Positions 10,421 to 24,019 of a stretch of DNA of 64,000 bases are shown one piece after another. The DNA is from Tubiluchus corallicola (Eukaryota > Animalia > Priapulida): assembly GCA_030141605.1 (NCBI GenBank), contig JAQGDQ010000587.1, forward strand, positions 62,001 through 126,000. Direction: 5' to 3'. Under the pieces are notes generated by a model. That model was not told where the DNA came from. It did not search any database and saw nothing but the letters and a program-made list of their open reading frames with translations. Numbering within the stretch: position 1 is the first letter of the stretch; every line of letters starts with the position of its first letter. A program made the translations under genes and the position numbers.

Positions 10421-12790
10421 AGAGCACCTTCACGCATGAATCTCCCAGAACCACTAAACTTACCACCTTTATCAGCTCTTGATATGATTAAGAACAACTT
10501 GACGAAAGAATCTCCTAAAATCACCAAACTTATCACTTTCATCAGCTCTTGATATGATTAAGAACACCTTCACGAAAGAATCTCCTAGGATCACTAAACT
10601 TACCGCCTTCATCAGCTGTTGATATGATTAAGAACAAATTGACGAAAGAATCTCCTAGAATCTCTAAACTTATCACTTTCATCAGCTGTTGATATGATTA
10701 AGAACAACTTGACGCACGAATCTCCCAGAATCACTAAACTTACCACCTTCATCAGCTCTTGATATGATTAAGAACAACTTGACGAAAGAATCTCCTAGAA
10801 TCACTAAACTTACCATCTTTATCAGCTCTTGTTATGATTAGGAACAACTTGATGAAAGAATCTCCTAGAATCACTAAACTTACTACCTTCATCAGTTCTT
10901 GATATGATTAAGAACAACTTGACGAAAGAATCTCCTAGAATCACTAAACTTATCACTTTCATCAGCTCTTGATATGATTGAGAACACCTTCACGAAAGAA
11001 TCTCCTAGGATCACTAAACTTACCGCCTTCATCAGCTGTTGATATGATTAAGAACAAATTGACGAAAGAATCTCCTAGAATCACTAAACTTATCACTTTC
11101 ATCAGTTCTTGATATGATTAAGAACAACTTGACGAAAGAATCTCCTATAATCACTAAACTTACCACCTTCATCAGCTCTTGATATGATTAAGAATAACTT
11201 GACGAAAGAATCTCCTAGAATCACTAAACATATCACCTTCATCAGCTCTTGATATGATTAAGAATAACTTGACGCACGAATCTCCTAGAATCACTAAACT
11301 TACCACTTTCATCAGCTCTTGATATGATTAAGAACAACTTGACGCACGAATCTCCTAGAATCACTAAACTTACCACCTTCATCAGCTCTTGATATGATTA
11401 AGAACATCTTCACGAAAGAATCTCCTAGGATCACTAAACTTACCGCCTTCATCAGCTCTTGATATGATTAAGAACAACTTGACGAAAGAATCTCCTAGAA
11501 TCACTAAACTTACCATCTTTATCAGCTCTTGTTATGATTAGGAACAACTTGATGAAAGAATCTCCTAGAATCACTAAACTTACTACCTTCATCAGTTCTT
11601 GATATGATTAAGAACAACTTGACGAAAGAATCTCCTAGAATCACTAAACTTATCACTTTCATCAGCTCTTGATATGATTGAGAACACCTTCACGAAAGAA
11701 TCTCCTAGGATCACTAAACTTACCGCCTTCATCAGTTCTTGATATGATTAAGAACAACTTGACGAAAGAATCTCCTAGAATCACTAAACTTATCACTTTC
11801 GTCAGCTCTTGATATGATTAAGAACAAATTGACGCGCGAATCTCCTAGAATCGCTAAAGTTACCACCTTCATCAGCTCTTGATATGATTAAGAACAAATT
11901 GACGCGCGAATCTCCTAGAATCACTAAACTTATCACTTTCATCAGTTCTTGATATGATTAAGAACAACTTGACGAAAGAATCTCCTAGAATCGCTAAACT
12001 TACCACCTTCATCAGCTCTTGATATGATTAAGAACAAATTGACGAAAGAATCTCCTAGAATCACTAAACTTATCACTTTCATCAGTTCTTGATATGATTA
12101 AGAACAACTTGACGAAAGAATCTCCCAGAATCACTAAACTTACCACCTTCATCAGCTCTTGATATGATTATGAACAACTTGACGAAAGAATCTCCTAGAA
12201 TCACTAAACTTACCACCGTCATCAGCTCTTGATATGATTAAGAACAACTTGACGAAAGAATCTCCTAGAATCACTAAACTTATCACTTTCATCAGCTCTT
12301 GATATGATTAAGAACAACTTCACGAAAGAATCTCCTAGAATCACTAAACTTACCACCTTCATCAGCTCTTGATATGATTAAGAACAACTTGACGAAAGAA
12401 TCTCCTAGAATCACTAAACTTACCACCTTCATCAGCTCTTGATATGATTAAGAACAACTTCACGAAAGAATCTCCTAGGATCACTAAACTTACCACTTTC
12501 ATCAGCTCTTGATATGATTAAGAACAAATTGACGAAAGAATCTCCTAGAATCACTAAACTTATCACTTTCATCAGCTCTTGATATGATTAAGAACAACTT
12601 GACGAAAGAATCTCCTGGAATCACTAAACTTACCACCTTCATCAGCTCTTGATATGATTAAGAAAAACGTGACGCGCTAATCTCTTAGCAAACTTATCGC
12701 CCTGATCAACTCTTGATAAGTTCAAGAGCACCTTGGAGTACAAATCTCCTGGAGTCACCAAACTAACCACCTTAACCAACTCTTCGCCTT
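10421..12790. repeat. Satellite array, ~33 x 70 bp
   Basis: Consensus GATATGATTAAGAACAACTTGACGAAAGAATCTCCTAGAATCACTAAACTTACCACCTTCATCAGCTCTT. No indels in the core units; the terminal units are degenerate. Confidence 0.97.
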
Positions 12791-13807
12791 AACTGGAGAA
12801 ATTCCTGTTAAAAGACGAAACGACCTTAATTTTTCCTTGGCTGACCGATTGGCTTTTCCCGGTACTCCAAGATTCTTCTCAATAGAACATTACCTAATTT
12901 ATAATCGTTTAGTTATGTCTGTACTCATACAGTACCAGAAAAGTCATAGGCCTTATAAAGCCTATTTTGAATGGTGAAGTCCGGAAGGAATTGATGACAT
13001 GGATTTGATGTTTTTAAGAACTGCCCCTGTTGTCCAGTATTTTTTATACTGGTAGATAACAATGCCTTTAAATATGGAACTATTGGCTAAGCAATTTGAA
13101 ACAGTGTTTTCCAAATGAAACGTTCTCTTATCTTAAAACCCACAACGCTGACGAAAATACATGAATTTGAAAACAGTTCTCTGCGGGCGAGAAGCTTTGG
13201 CGTGAGAACTACTTTATTGCACACCAACAGAATCACTTTATTGCACGAGGCGGCTGTTATAAATTGATAATGCCTGGAATTTCTCGGCACCTCAAACCCA
13301 GCTGGCCGGATTTCAATAAACAAAAACAACAACATGTTTTGATAACTTGAATTTTCATTAAAAACGTTGATAACGAAACAGTTTCATACACAATGTAATT
13401 GACGTCTAATAAAAATGTTTTTGCTAAAATGCATCATGCTTTTTACACTATTAATTATAAACACAGATAAAAGATATAAAAGAGTCTTCTATCTTTACAG
13501 CATTATTTATCAAAAATAGAAATTTCTTTCACATCTGCTATGCAATCAGTTGAAGGGTTAAACTCAGTTGAAAGGTCTAAAATTAAGTTCTATAATTATT
13601 CTATTTATAGTTTCTCACAGACCATTATTACCTGTATTTTAATTTCTTTCTTATTTCAATAGAAAGACTTATTTCAGTCATTGAAACTATTTGGCACTTT
13701 GCCAGGAATTATAGGCGTATGTACGAGAAATGCTACGTTTGTTTTCCAAATAATGAAGCGTTTAGATCCTTCAACACTTTCACAGCCTATTACTTTTGAG
13801 TACTTAA

Positions 13808-14420
13808 AGGAAGACGGGGCGATTTTTCATATACAACCCCATTTTAAAAAATCCGAAAAAATACATTTTAACACAATTAATAGTGCAAAAGCGTTTCTGA
13901 TAATTAAATAATAGATTAAAATCTGAATTAACGGCGGGCGAGCTCAACTATTGATGACATCACCAACTAACAAAATTTTTAACAACAAAAATATTCCACG
14001 AGCGTGTTGCGTGTGTTTGCGAAAGCGAAAATTGAAGTACAGTGCTACTGTGAGATATTCAGTGTGTTCTACTGAAACTAGGCAAGTTTTAAGATAAAAA
14101 TTCAAATATCAAATTTACCGTTGTGCTCATACATGAGTTGTCGAAACTGTGAAGTTCGTCACAAATTAACACATCAGAAGGGAAAGGTACAGTTCCTGTT
14201 TTTTTGTGCAATGCGTTTTTTTGATGCGCTAGTGCCCGTCTAACTAGCGAATGATGAAATGCATGTGACAGCGAAGAACTAGTGGCGCGAATGTAAAATT
14301 GTGTTTGTCTGGTAATAATTCTTTCAAGTAAATCAAAAAAATAGTATGTTTCCTTTCAATATTTTTCCTTTTAAACACAGGATTGCTTTCACCTGCAGCT
14401 TGAGATTGGATCCGGTTTTG
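13808..14420 (-). mobile_element. Kolobok-like family A copy (reverse)
   Basis: TTAA|AGGAAGACGGGG start; reverse complement of the 9413-10020 element. Confidence 0.85.
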
Positions 14421-15359
14421 TATTGTATAAATTTATAGCCAAACTGTTTGTGGTGCGCTAGAGGTGCAGGCATTTCAGGAAACTTCTACTTGTGATGGTG
14501 AAACAGACTTCTCCTTTACGGAGTGGAAGTTTCTAAAATCATCAGTGCAGATTAGCAGACGATGTTAATGTGTTAGTTTAGTACATTTCCTGCAGATGTC
14601 GCTTTTTGCCGATTTGGTGACCATTAAAACGGAAAAGCTGCAGTTCGCTTGTTGAGGCTAATGAAGATAGAAATGTTATTCTTGCTTTTTACGTCTCAAC
14701 GCTGAAGAGTGAACGTTTCCTTCAAAACTTGGACATAAATTTCCTTTATTGAGGCTTGAAATCCTGGATAGAATGTTAAACGACGGTCGCCTCTTCCGAG
14801 AGGTAATCAAATAGCCGTTTGGTGGCGCTGCAGCTGAGCCCTGCATCCTGATGGCTTACTCACTGCTGGCTTCTGGGTTGAGAAAACTTAATTAACTAGA
14901 AGAATAACTGCTTGGCAGAGTTTATTCAACTTCTTAAAACTTTTTGCAAACATGGTCGTTACGAGAAGGAACAAATAAAGGACTTTATTACTATGGAAAG
15001 AGTTCATGCTAAACCGGAAGAGGATGTTAGGCAAGAAACGTCACAACGGAAACGGCGACTGTAATGCCAATGACATAAATAACGCAAAACAGCAAAAAAG
15101 TACGACAAAAGCCAATAACAACCCCCCCGCTTTTCGTTAAGATCTTAGAAAATGGAGAATCTTGCAGCCACCATTGTTCGAAAGGCAATTTCATTAAATT
15201 ATAGACGTATCAGACGAAAGTCGAGAACTTCTTACAATGACATATCATGTGTAACGTCTAAGATGTTCATACCTTCTACTGATGAGACGTAATTGGATTA
15301 GAATTGCTAGTTTGTGGATTTTGACAGCGCTTAGTGCTAGAAGAATACAGTAAATAAGT

Positions 15360-15745
15360 ATTTTCACAGTCATGCTATGCGCAAGTGCAGTTGCTGTAGG
15401 TCAAAGGTTAGGTGTACCACAACAATGCGTCTTAACTGCCACGTGACATGTGGGTAAAGTAAACCCGTGTGCAGCGTCAGTTCAGTAACTTCAGTTGTTT
15501 TACGTGGACTTAATTATGCATTAGTCTGTGCGCAGAGTGAATTACTAGTTGGATCTTACTTGGGAACAAGAAAAAATGAACTAGGTAAGGTTCTAACTAT
15601 CTGTTAAAACTGTTACTAGTACAATAGCATGTTCTGCGAGATGTTGTCAAGTGCACACAAATGCATTGTCTGGTACACTTAACCTTTCATCTTTTCACGA
15701 TCATCATCAATCGCTGGAACTGTGACAAAAGCTTGTTCTGAGGCA
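15360..15745 (+). mobile_element. Foldback/MITE family B
   Basis: Internal inverted arms AAAGGTTAGGTGTACCACAACAATGC / GCATTGTCTGGTACACTTAACCTTT. Other copies at 19.5, 45.4, 48.1 and 49.9 kb. Confidence 0.75.
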
Positions 15746-16271
15746 AAGGTACATTATATTTCAACCGCTATGACGGTGTTGGGAAATTTGTGACATTGCT
15801 GGAAAATAAAGCCACTTAATCCGAGTTTTTGTCAGTGTAACCAACGAAGTATTCAAAAACTAGAAATACTAAACTGAAATGTAAATGGGTCGCGTATTGT
15901 ATACTTCTATGCCCTTTTCCGGTTTTCAGTAATGGCGCGTTCAGACTAGCGAATTTTTTGTCCAGAGTTTTCTCTCTGACTGCAAATTTGTAAGTGTGAA
16001 CTCCTTTGCGAGTTACTATCGACAAGTTACTGCAAACTCTCCAACAGTTACTGCGAGTTGATTTGCTGTCCAGTGTGAACGCCTGGGGGAGTTACTCTCG
16101 ACACACCTTCCATTGAATAGAGAAATGAGTGTTACCTCTTTGCTTCGGAAAGTAACTCACAGTAAGCTTTGCTCTCTGGTCTGCACACGCTTGCGAGTTA
16201 CCTGGTAAATTTAAGTTGGTGACAAAATTCGCTGGTCTGAAACGCCGCAAAGATGAGAAGCGTTTCTTATT

Positions 16272-16648
16272 AATTATTTATTATTATTATTATTATTATT
16301 GTTATTGTTATTGTTATTGTTATTGTTATTGTTATTGTTATTGTTACTGTTACTGTTACTGTTACTGTTACTGTTACTGTTACTGTTACTATTACTATTA
16401 CTATTACTATTACTATTACTATTACTATTACTATTACTATTACTATTACTATTACTATTACTATTACTATTACTATTACTATTACTATTACTATTACTAT
16501 TATTATTAATATTATTATTATTACTATTTCTACTATTATTACTACTACTATTACTTTTACTATTACTATTACTGTTACTGTTACTGTTACTTTTGTTATT
16601 GTTGCTGTTGTTGTTGTTATTATTATTATTATTAATTATTGATTATTA
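16272..16648. repeat. Compound (TTA)/(TTATTG)/(TTACTG)/(TTACTA) microsatellite
   Basis: Directly visible. Confidence 0.95.
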
Positions 16649-17040
16649 AATTGTAATTTTGAATCAGAATTTGTACAGTGAACAGCTGCTAACTGAAATT
16701 CAAGTTGAGTTTTAATACCTCCATAAGAATAACCTACATAAGTTTATGAGAACTCACAAAGGAAATCAACACGCACAAATCTGCAAGATTACGCGGTCTT
16801 TGTATTTAAACAATGATAGTTTAAACTAATATTGGCCTTCAGTGGCGGTGAATTTATGCGCATGATACTAGTCCGCGACGCTTAGACTTACGCACGATTT
16901 CTGCTTGTTTGCACGACCTAAACAGGTCACAATTTATGTCATTTTTTGAAAGAATTACAAACAAAGCCAGTTCATTCAATAAATATCTGATTTTTTTAAC
17001 ATTCAGTAAAACGTGTAAAGTTTAAAACAGCCTCACACAA

Positions 17041-17250
17041 CGATGACGATGACGATGATAGTGAAGATGATGATGATGATGATGGTGGTGACAATATTGT
17101 TGAATTGCTGATAACGATGATGATGTTGATGATGTTGATGACAATATTGTTGAATTGCTGATAATGATGATGATGTTGATGATGATGACGGTGACTATGA
17201 TGATTAAGATGGTGGTGAGGATGATGACGACGATAACGATAATGGTGGCG
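17041..17250. repeat. Degenerate (GAT)n with an internal duplication
   Basis: TGACAATATTGTTGAATTGCTGATAA occurs twice within GAT runs. Confidence 0.85.
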
Positions 17251-18211
17251 ATGCCAAACTCAACAATAACACATAGACCAAGTGATGAAAATTATTAAAA
17301 AAGATGCACAGGGAGAAAAGACGCTACGACAATTGTAATTTCATACAGAAGCAGTTCTGTAGAAAACCTCAACAGATACACTCATTCCGTAAACGCATAC
17401 ATAAACTTATTAAAGTCATTTTACGTACGCTTACTACTCTTTTAATGACGCTTATAGAGAACTATCAAGCTATAACCTATCTAGTTTCCACTTAATAAGT
17501 TACGTACGCCTGTCTGTAACATTATTCAATAGATAGTAGGCAAGAGAGCCACCAATACATGCCCGCATTGACCAATGCTTAATTAGTTTAATCAAAATCT
17601 ATTATTTGCAACAAACACTGCCCATATCACACAGCAAATTACTATAATTATTTTATTATTTCTGCACAATAATGAAAACAACGAATGATAGTTCACAAAA
17701 GCAGAATAATGGTAGCTTTTACTAGGCTCATAAATACACGTTTGAAAATCCAGTGATAAACGTTGATTAGCATGGTCTATCACTCAAAGCTGAGCTAATT
17801 AAAAAACCCAAATGTTTGTTTGGTACGTTGTAGGAAGTTTGACAAACATAAATTCGAAGTTGAGTTGTCAGACACTTGAGGCATAAATTTGACATGGGAG
17901 TGAGTATAACATATCAGGTGGCAAAGAAAAAATGTACCGAAGTCTACACTAGAATAATACTAACGTGCTTTACACAGCTGAAATTCCAATCTGAGACATT
18001 ATCGTACATTGGCTTTTGGCTGTGAAACTTATAAGTGTATAGTTTTGCTAATTTTTATGTTATGTCTGAAAAGGTTTTGCGTATTAAAAATTTAAATGCC
18101 GGAGTATTTAACGCTATTGCTCACAGCAGTGGAAACGCTGGTTATGCTGTCAATTTTTGAACGTGTGGTTGTACTATTTAGTGATTTACGATTTTTATAG
18201 CAACAAACAAT

Positions 18212-18369
18212 TTTATTACTATTATTGTTATTGCTGTTGCTATTGCTCTTGCTGTTGTTGTTGATATTATTATTATTATTTTATTATTGTTGTTGTTGTT
18301 GTTGTTGTTGCTGCTGCTGTTGTTGTTGTTGTTGTTGTTGTTGGTTGTTGTTGTTGTTGTTGTTGCTGT

Positions 18370-18425
<56 letters not shown>

Positions 18426-18441
18426 TGCACTACCACTACCA

Positions 18442-18473
<32 letters not shown>

Positions 18474-18502
18474 TTTACTACTACAACTACAACTACTACT
18501 TT

Positions 18503-18591
<89 letters not shown>

Positions 18592-18618
18592 TTATTATTA
18601 TTATTATTGTTATTATTA
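18212..18618. repeat. Compound (TTG)n/(ACT)n/(ATT)n microsatellite
   Basis: Directly visible. Confidence 0.95.
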
Positions 18619-19494
18619 ATTTAAATTTTTGCTCATTGTGTTTATAATCTAAATATTGGACTGCAAGGTTACAAAATTGGTAGTTGAAACAGTGTAATTT
18701 AGCTCCTCAAACTCAGTAATCAAACTACATACACAAATTCAAAGCATCAGTGAGTTTTCACTGTGCAAAAAGATCATCGAGAGACCATGACGACGATGAT
18801 GATGGCGATCGTCTTCAACTCGGAGTTTGTTGAAGGATCCCGTATTATGAGATTTGGCCGGAAGATTTAGGTTAGAGAAACACTCTGTGAAACGTTTTGT
18901 CCCCAAGCTCGAGTATTTTGAAATAGGTTAAAATGCGTTTACAATAGGATTTGCTATGGCACTCCAATGTTTACAAGATTACGTACGGATTACGAAGTCG
19001 CGCGCTGCATAAACGCATTGTGACGTCACTCGACCAAGCCATTTTATTTATGTAACTTAAGCGCAGCAGTTTGTAGTGTCGTTTTAACTGCTGACTGATT
19101 CTAATTTAGTGCAAGTATGAAATTGCCAAACCCTAATTTACAACCTTCGCACAAGATTTCCTGTCATTCAGTTTAGTAAACGGAGGTTTGTGAAAATTAA
19201 TCGACGTTGAATTATCGTTGAGTTGTTGTTGCAAAACAGAAAAATTTGAAAATACGGTTTTAACAATGCGAGCAGGATTACACAGTAGAACACGGAGACA
19301 ATAGTCATCATTGTATAGAAGGGCAAGGTGGGCCTGTCCAGGGAGGGTCACGTAAGTGCCGAGTTTAACGGTTTCGGATGAATATGAACATTCTTCAAAA
19401 AGACATGGTTAATGTGCAATGGGGAGTGAATAGGGCTGTAATTAGGAAGTGTTGGGACATATTATAGGCGCTTTGTGGTGATGTGCAAAATGGT

Positions 19495-19850
19495 GAAACG
19501 GCCACGTTGTGCGCACGCGTAGTTGCTGTAAGTCAAAGGTTAAGTGTGCCACATCAATGCGTCCTAACTACAACAGTCATGTGACTGTGGGGAAAGTAAA
19601 GCCGTCTGCCACGTCACTTGTTTTTCTTAGACTTCACTTAATTATCCATCAGTCTGTGCGTACAGCAATTTACTAGCAGAATCTTGCTTGGGAAGAAGAA
19701 AAAATGAGCTAGGTAAGATTCTAGCTAGCTGTTAAAACTGTTGCTGTTACAGCAGCTTGGGCAGCGGGACGTTGTCAAGTGTACACAAATGCATTGTCTG
19801 GTACACTTAACCTTTGACCTTTCACGGTTAACATCAATCGCTGGAACTGT
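19495..19850 (+). mobile_element. Family B copy
   Basis: Collinear with 15360-15725. Confidence 0.8.
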
Positions 19851-20034
19851 ATATAGTCTTATTGTGTGAACTCTGTGCAGACACTGATCTCTAAAGAAAG
19901 GAACTGGAAGAATTATTATTTAAAAAAAGATCTATAACGAAGAAATTGAAAATTCCTAAATATGTATTAAGCTGAAAATGTGCAATCCCCCTCACTCATT
20001 ACCTTCAAATCCTCCATCTAGTGGATTAGGAAGG

Positions 20035-20696
20035 AGTTTACAATTCCCCACACAATTTAAATACCCTACCCTACCCTAACCCTAGCCCACCCCTAGGTCT
20101 ATCTCTAAGCCTATTCCTAACCCCAACCCTAACCCTAACCCCACACAATTTAAATACCCTACCCTAACTCTAACTATAACCCTAGCTCTAATCCAACCCT
20201 AGCCCTAGCCCACCCCTAACTCTATCTCAAAATCTATTCCTAACCCCAACCCTAACCCTAACCCCACAAAATTTAAATACCCTACTCTAACCCTAGCCCT
20301 AGCCCACCCCTAACTCTATCTCTAAACTTATTCCTAACCCCAACCCTAACCCTAACCCCACACAATTTAAATACCCTACCCTAACCCTAACTATAACCCT
20401 AGCTCTAATCCAACCCTAGCCCTAGCCCTAGCCCTAGCCCTAGCCCTAGCCCTAGCCCACCCCTAACTATCTCTAAATCTATTCCTAACCCCAACCCTAA
20501 CCCTAACCCACACAATTTAAATACCCTACCCTAACCCTAGCCTTAATCCAACCCTCGCTCTAGCCCACCCCTAACTCTATCTCTAAACCTATTCCTAACC
20601 CCAACCCTAACCTAACCCTAATTCTAGCCCTAATCGTAATCTTAACCCTAATCCTAATCCTCTTCACGAACTCTTGTGTATTGGGAATTGTAAACT
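20035..20696. mobile_element. TIR element filled with telomere-like (CCCTAA/CCCTAG) repeats
   Basis: Perfect 14-bp TIR AGTTTACAATTCCC (20035) / GGGAATTGTAAACT (20696). Five internal units begin CACA(C/A)AATTTAAATACCCTAC and carry CCCTAA/CCCTAG runs. Confidence 0.75.
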
Positions 20697-21236
20697 TTAG
20701 CCGCTGATTCAACCAATTCTACAAAGTGTCATAACGTCACGAAGCCATAAACTCATTGTAGTTTTTGCAACATTGATGTCGCCTGCTGTATGAGGTTCCT
20801 GAATTCTCCTGCTTACACAAACCGACACGCACAGACATTGATAATTCAATACTGAGAACATCAGCGTCTGTGTTGTTGATCAACTGTAGCTTTAGAAATC
20901 TCTGGTCATTTGGTCAATAATCACTGAGCAGCAGCACGTACGTCACTTCCGGCAATTATTACACGGATTCACTGAAGCTGTCAGCTTGTAAGTGATACCT
21001 GTCTTCTGATTAATGCAATGCTGAATTTCTCGTTCGCGCGCTTAGTTATTCGATCTTACATTCATTTCCCCATTCGTCTCTAGGCGAGCACTGGAATTTA
21101 AAATCGGCCACATTTTTGTATACCACACTAAATGGTGCACGATTTATCTTGAATTTTGTACAAGGTTACTATAAACGCAAGTCCTTAATACAATAAGACA
21201 GCATATAAGTGGTACTTTTCAAGGTGAACTTTTTAT

Positions 21237-21808
21237 AGCAAAACTGGATCCAGTCTTAAGCAGGTCAAAACAACCTACACTTTAAAATATTGAAACAAAA
21301 CATACTATTTTTTTTCAAAAATTACTTACGTCAAAGAATTATTACGACACAAACACAACTTCACGTTCGCGCCACTAGTTCTTCGCTGTTACATGCATTT
21401 CGACAGGCACTAGCGCCTGTATTTCCGAAACTCACAAAAAAACAGGTGTTGTACCTCTCAATTCAGATGTGTAAGTTTGTGACGAACTGCACACGTTCGA
21501 CAGCTCACGCGTGAGCACAGATAAATTTGAAAATTGAATTTTTTCCTTTAAAACTTGCCCAGTTTTAATACAACACATCGATTACCTTACAGTAGTTCTG
21601 TACTTCAATTTTCTCTTTCGCAAACACGTGCAGCACGCTCGCGGATATTCTTGCTGTTGAAAATTATGTTAGTTTGTGATGTCATCAATAGTTGGGCTCG
21701 TCCGCCGTTAATTATGTTTTTAACTTATCATTTAATTATCAGAAACGCTTTTGCAGCATTAATTGTGTTAAAATATATACTTTTTATCGGACTTGAAAAT
21801 GGGGTCCT
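21237..21808 (+). mobile_element. Kolobok-like family A copy
   Basis: Starts AGCAAAACTGGATCC, ends GGGGTCCT|TTAA. Collinear with the 62-kb copy. Confidence 0.85.
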
Positions 21809-22457
21809 TTAAGCTTTGTTTATGAAGTGCGTTTTCTTGTGATTTAAATACATTAAACCACATACTTGTGAATTAACAAATTAAATAACAGATTTAGCAC
21901 AAGAAATGGTATACTGATAAAGTCTAACTGAATAAAATGCGACATTTTCTTTATCAGGCGGCTTTCACGTTTTGCTTTGATCAATTTCTGTCTAATGTAA
22001 CCCCCACATTAATTTAGCAATATTTACACTGTAGTAACGTCTTAAGTGCAAATTTAACAGCCTGTTCACACAGCGCAGTGACGTCACACGAATCTTAGCA
22101 ACAAACGCTGATTAATTTTTATGCGCCTGGCGAAATTAAAATCTGAAGAATGTATTATGCTTGTAATCTGTTCAAGTCAAGCTGACTTTATTAACAATTT
22201 TCGCAGAAATTTCTCCTCAACGGGCCGTAAAAGCTACGCAAGTAATATGGAGAGAATTCCATAGAGAAATTTGTTTTTAATTGAAAGGAAATTCAAATAA
22301 ATGATTCGCTCCTTGTAGTGCTGAAATTTCCTGTCACAACAGTAACGGAGCAAATGTTGAACCTTGTATAACAACGTTGTTTTGATTAGTTTTATTCCGT
22401 TCACGTAAATCACTCATTTCATTTTGCCTGCCTTAATAATTTCTGTCAGGTCAAAAA

Positions 22458-22557
22458 ACTGACTGACTGGCTAATTTATCTACACTGACTGACTGACTGA
22501 CTGCATGGATGAATGAATAAACGAATGAATGAACGAACGAACGAACGAATAAATGAC
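22458..22557. repeat. (GACT)/(GAAT)/(GAAC) tetranucleotide repeats
   Basis: Directly visible. Confidence 0.85.
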
Positions 22558-22749
22558 TAATTGGCAAAGCGAGTTATACCATACCTTATTGATTTGAGTA
22601 GAAAGCGTGTGGCTTCTTTTGGACATGACTTTTTTCTATGATTTCTCCTGGATATAGTGTTTGCGTAGCGTATGCACGCGCCGCGCATGCGCAGACGGTT
22701 CTTCATTAATGAGGCAAACATTAAAGCAGTAGCATATTCTCGCTGAATA

Positions 22750-23410
22750 AACGGACAGAGCTGATCAAGATTGTGTAACTTGCAACAAAGTCGACCAAGC
22801 GTGTTCACATCCTAACAAAGTTGATCAAGAATAGCTATCTTGCAAGAGACCTGACTAAGAGTACCTATTTTGCATTTGATACAGAGCTAACTAAGAATGT
22901 CTATTTTGCAACAAAGCTAATCAAGAATGCTCATTTTGCAAAAGCTGGCGAAGAATGTAGATCTTGCAGCAGAGCTTATCTATATTTCAAGATCAAGAAT
23001 GTCTGTCTTGCACCAAAGCAGATCAAGAGTGCCCATCTTGCAACATATAGTGACCTAATATTGTAAAAAGGCCAACCAAGATGTCTATCTTGTTGCCATC
23101 TTGTATGAAATGATCAAGATTGTCCATCTGTAGCAGTAGCAAAGCTGACCTAGAATGCCTTTCTTGTAACAAAACGGACAAAAAACCTCTTTTGCAAAAA
23201 AGAAGAATAAGGTAACTTTTCTGCATGAAGGTCGATCAAGAATACTCCTCTTGCAGCAAAATTGCGCAAGATTGTTTCGTTTACAACATGCTGATCAAGG
23301 ATGTCGAGGTTGCAACTGCTAAAGCTGACCAAAACTGCCTAATTTGCAACATTATTAATCATAGATGTCAATTTACTAATAACAATGATCAAGATTTCCT
23401 TTTTTGCATC
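22750..23410. repeat. Old degenerate ~30-bp minisatellite (TTGCAACAAAGCTGATCAAGAATGTCTATC)
   Basis: About 20 recurrences of the TTGCA..AAAGCTGA(T/C)CAAGA motif at ~30-bp spacing. Confidence 0.75.
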
Positions 23411-24019
23411 GAAAATTTCATTATTTTCCTGCGACGCAGTCAAAATGTAGTTTATCCAAGTGAAAAATTGAGGATGATGGGTGAATTAATTACAATATGC
23501 AAAATCCAAGCGCTAAATAGATATAAAAATGATGGCTAGAATTACCTAATTCAATAGCCATTAGACGAGATCTGAGACTTAATTCACTTATCAGATAATG
23601 TGTACAGCGATCGAAGTTGGACGCTTTTGCATCTCACTTTATTACGTCAGCAAACCTAGATTACAAATCTTGCATTCAATACTAATAATTATATTTATAC
23701 ACCAATACTGAAAATAAAGTTTATTCAATTGCCATTATTTTTCGATAGGTAACACGTCTGTGATTTCTAGTGGAAGATCCGGGATTCTGGTGCAAATACC
23801 ACGTGACCATAGATGTTGGTGGTTCTAGCTGCTGACATTGACGTAGAGTTGAGAAAGAGGAACGTTGAGCATGCGCACTAGGGTTTCAGTTTCTTTACTT
23901 TTAAGGATAAAAGGGTCCACACTTTCCTAAAGTTCTTTTGATTGCATTGCAATTTCAACACTATTAATATTCAATTTTACTGACCGTTACAAATTTCTGT
24001 GAAATTCACGCCAACTCAC

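Noticed and set aside
10421-12790. CRISPR-like array, or 51-nt exons separated by 19-nt GT..AG introns on the minus strand
   Set aside because: There are no unique spacers or cas genes. Many units have GATAAG in place of the GT donor, and 19-nt introns are implausible in a metazoan.
20050-20660. True telomere or chromosome-fusion scar
   Set aside because: The repeats are degenerate, in a single orientation and enclosed by TIRs.
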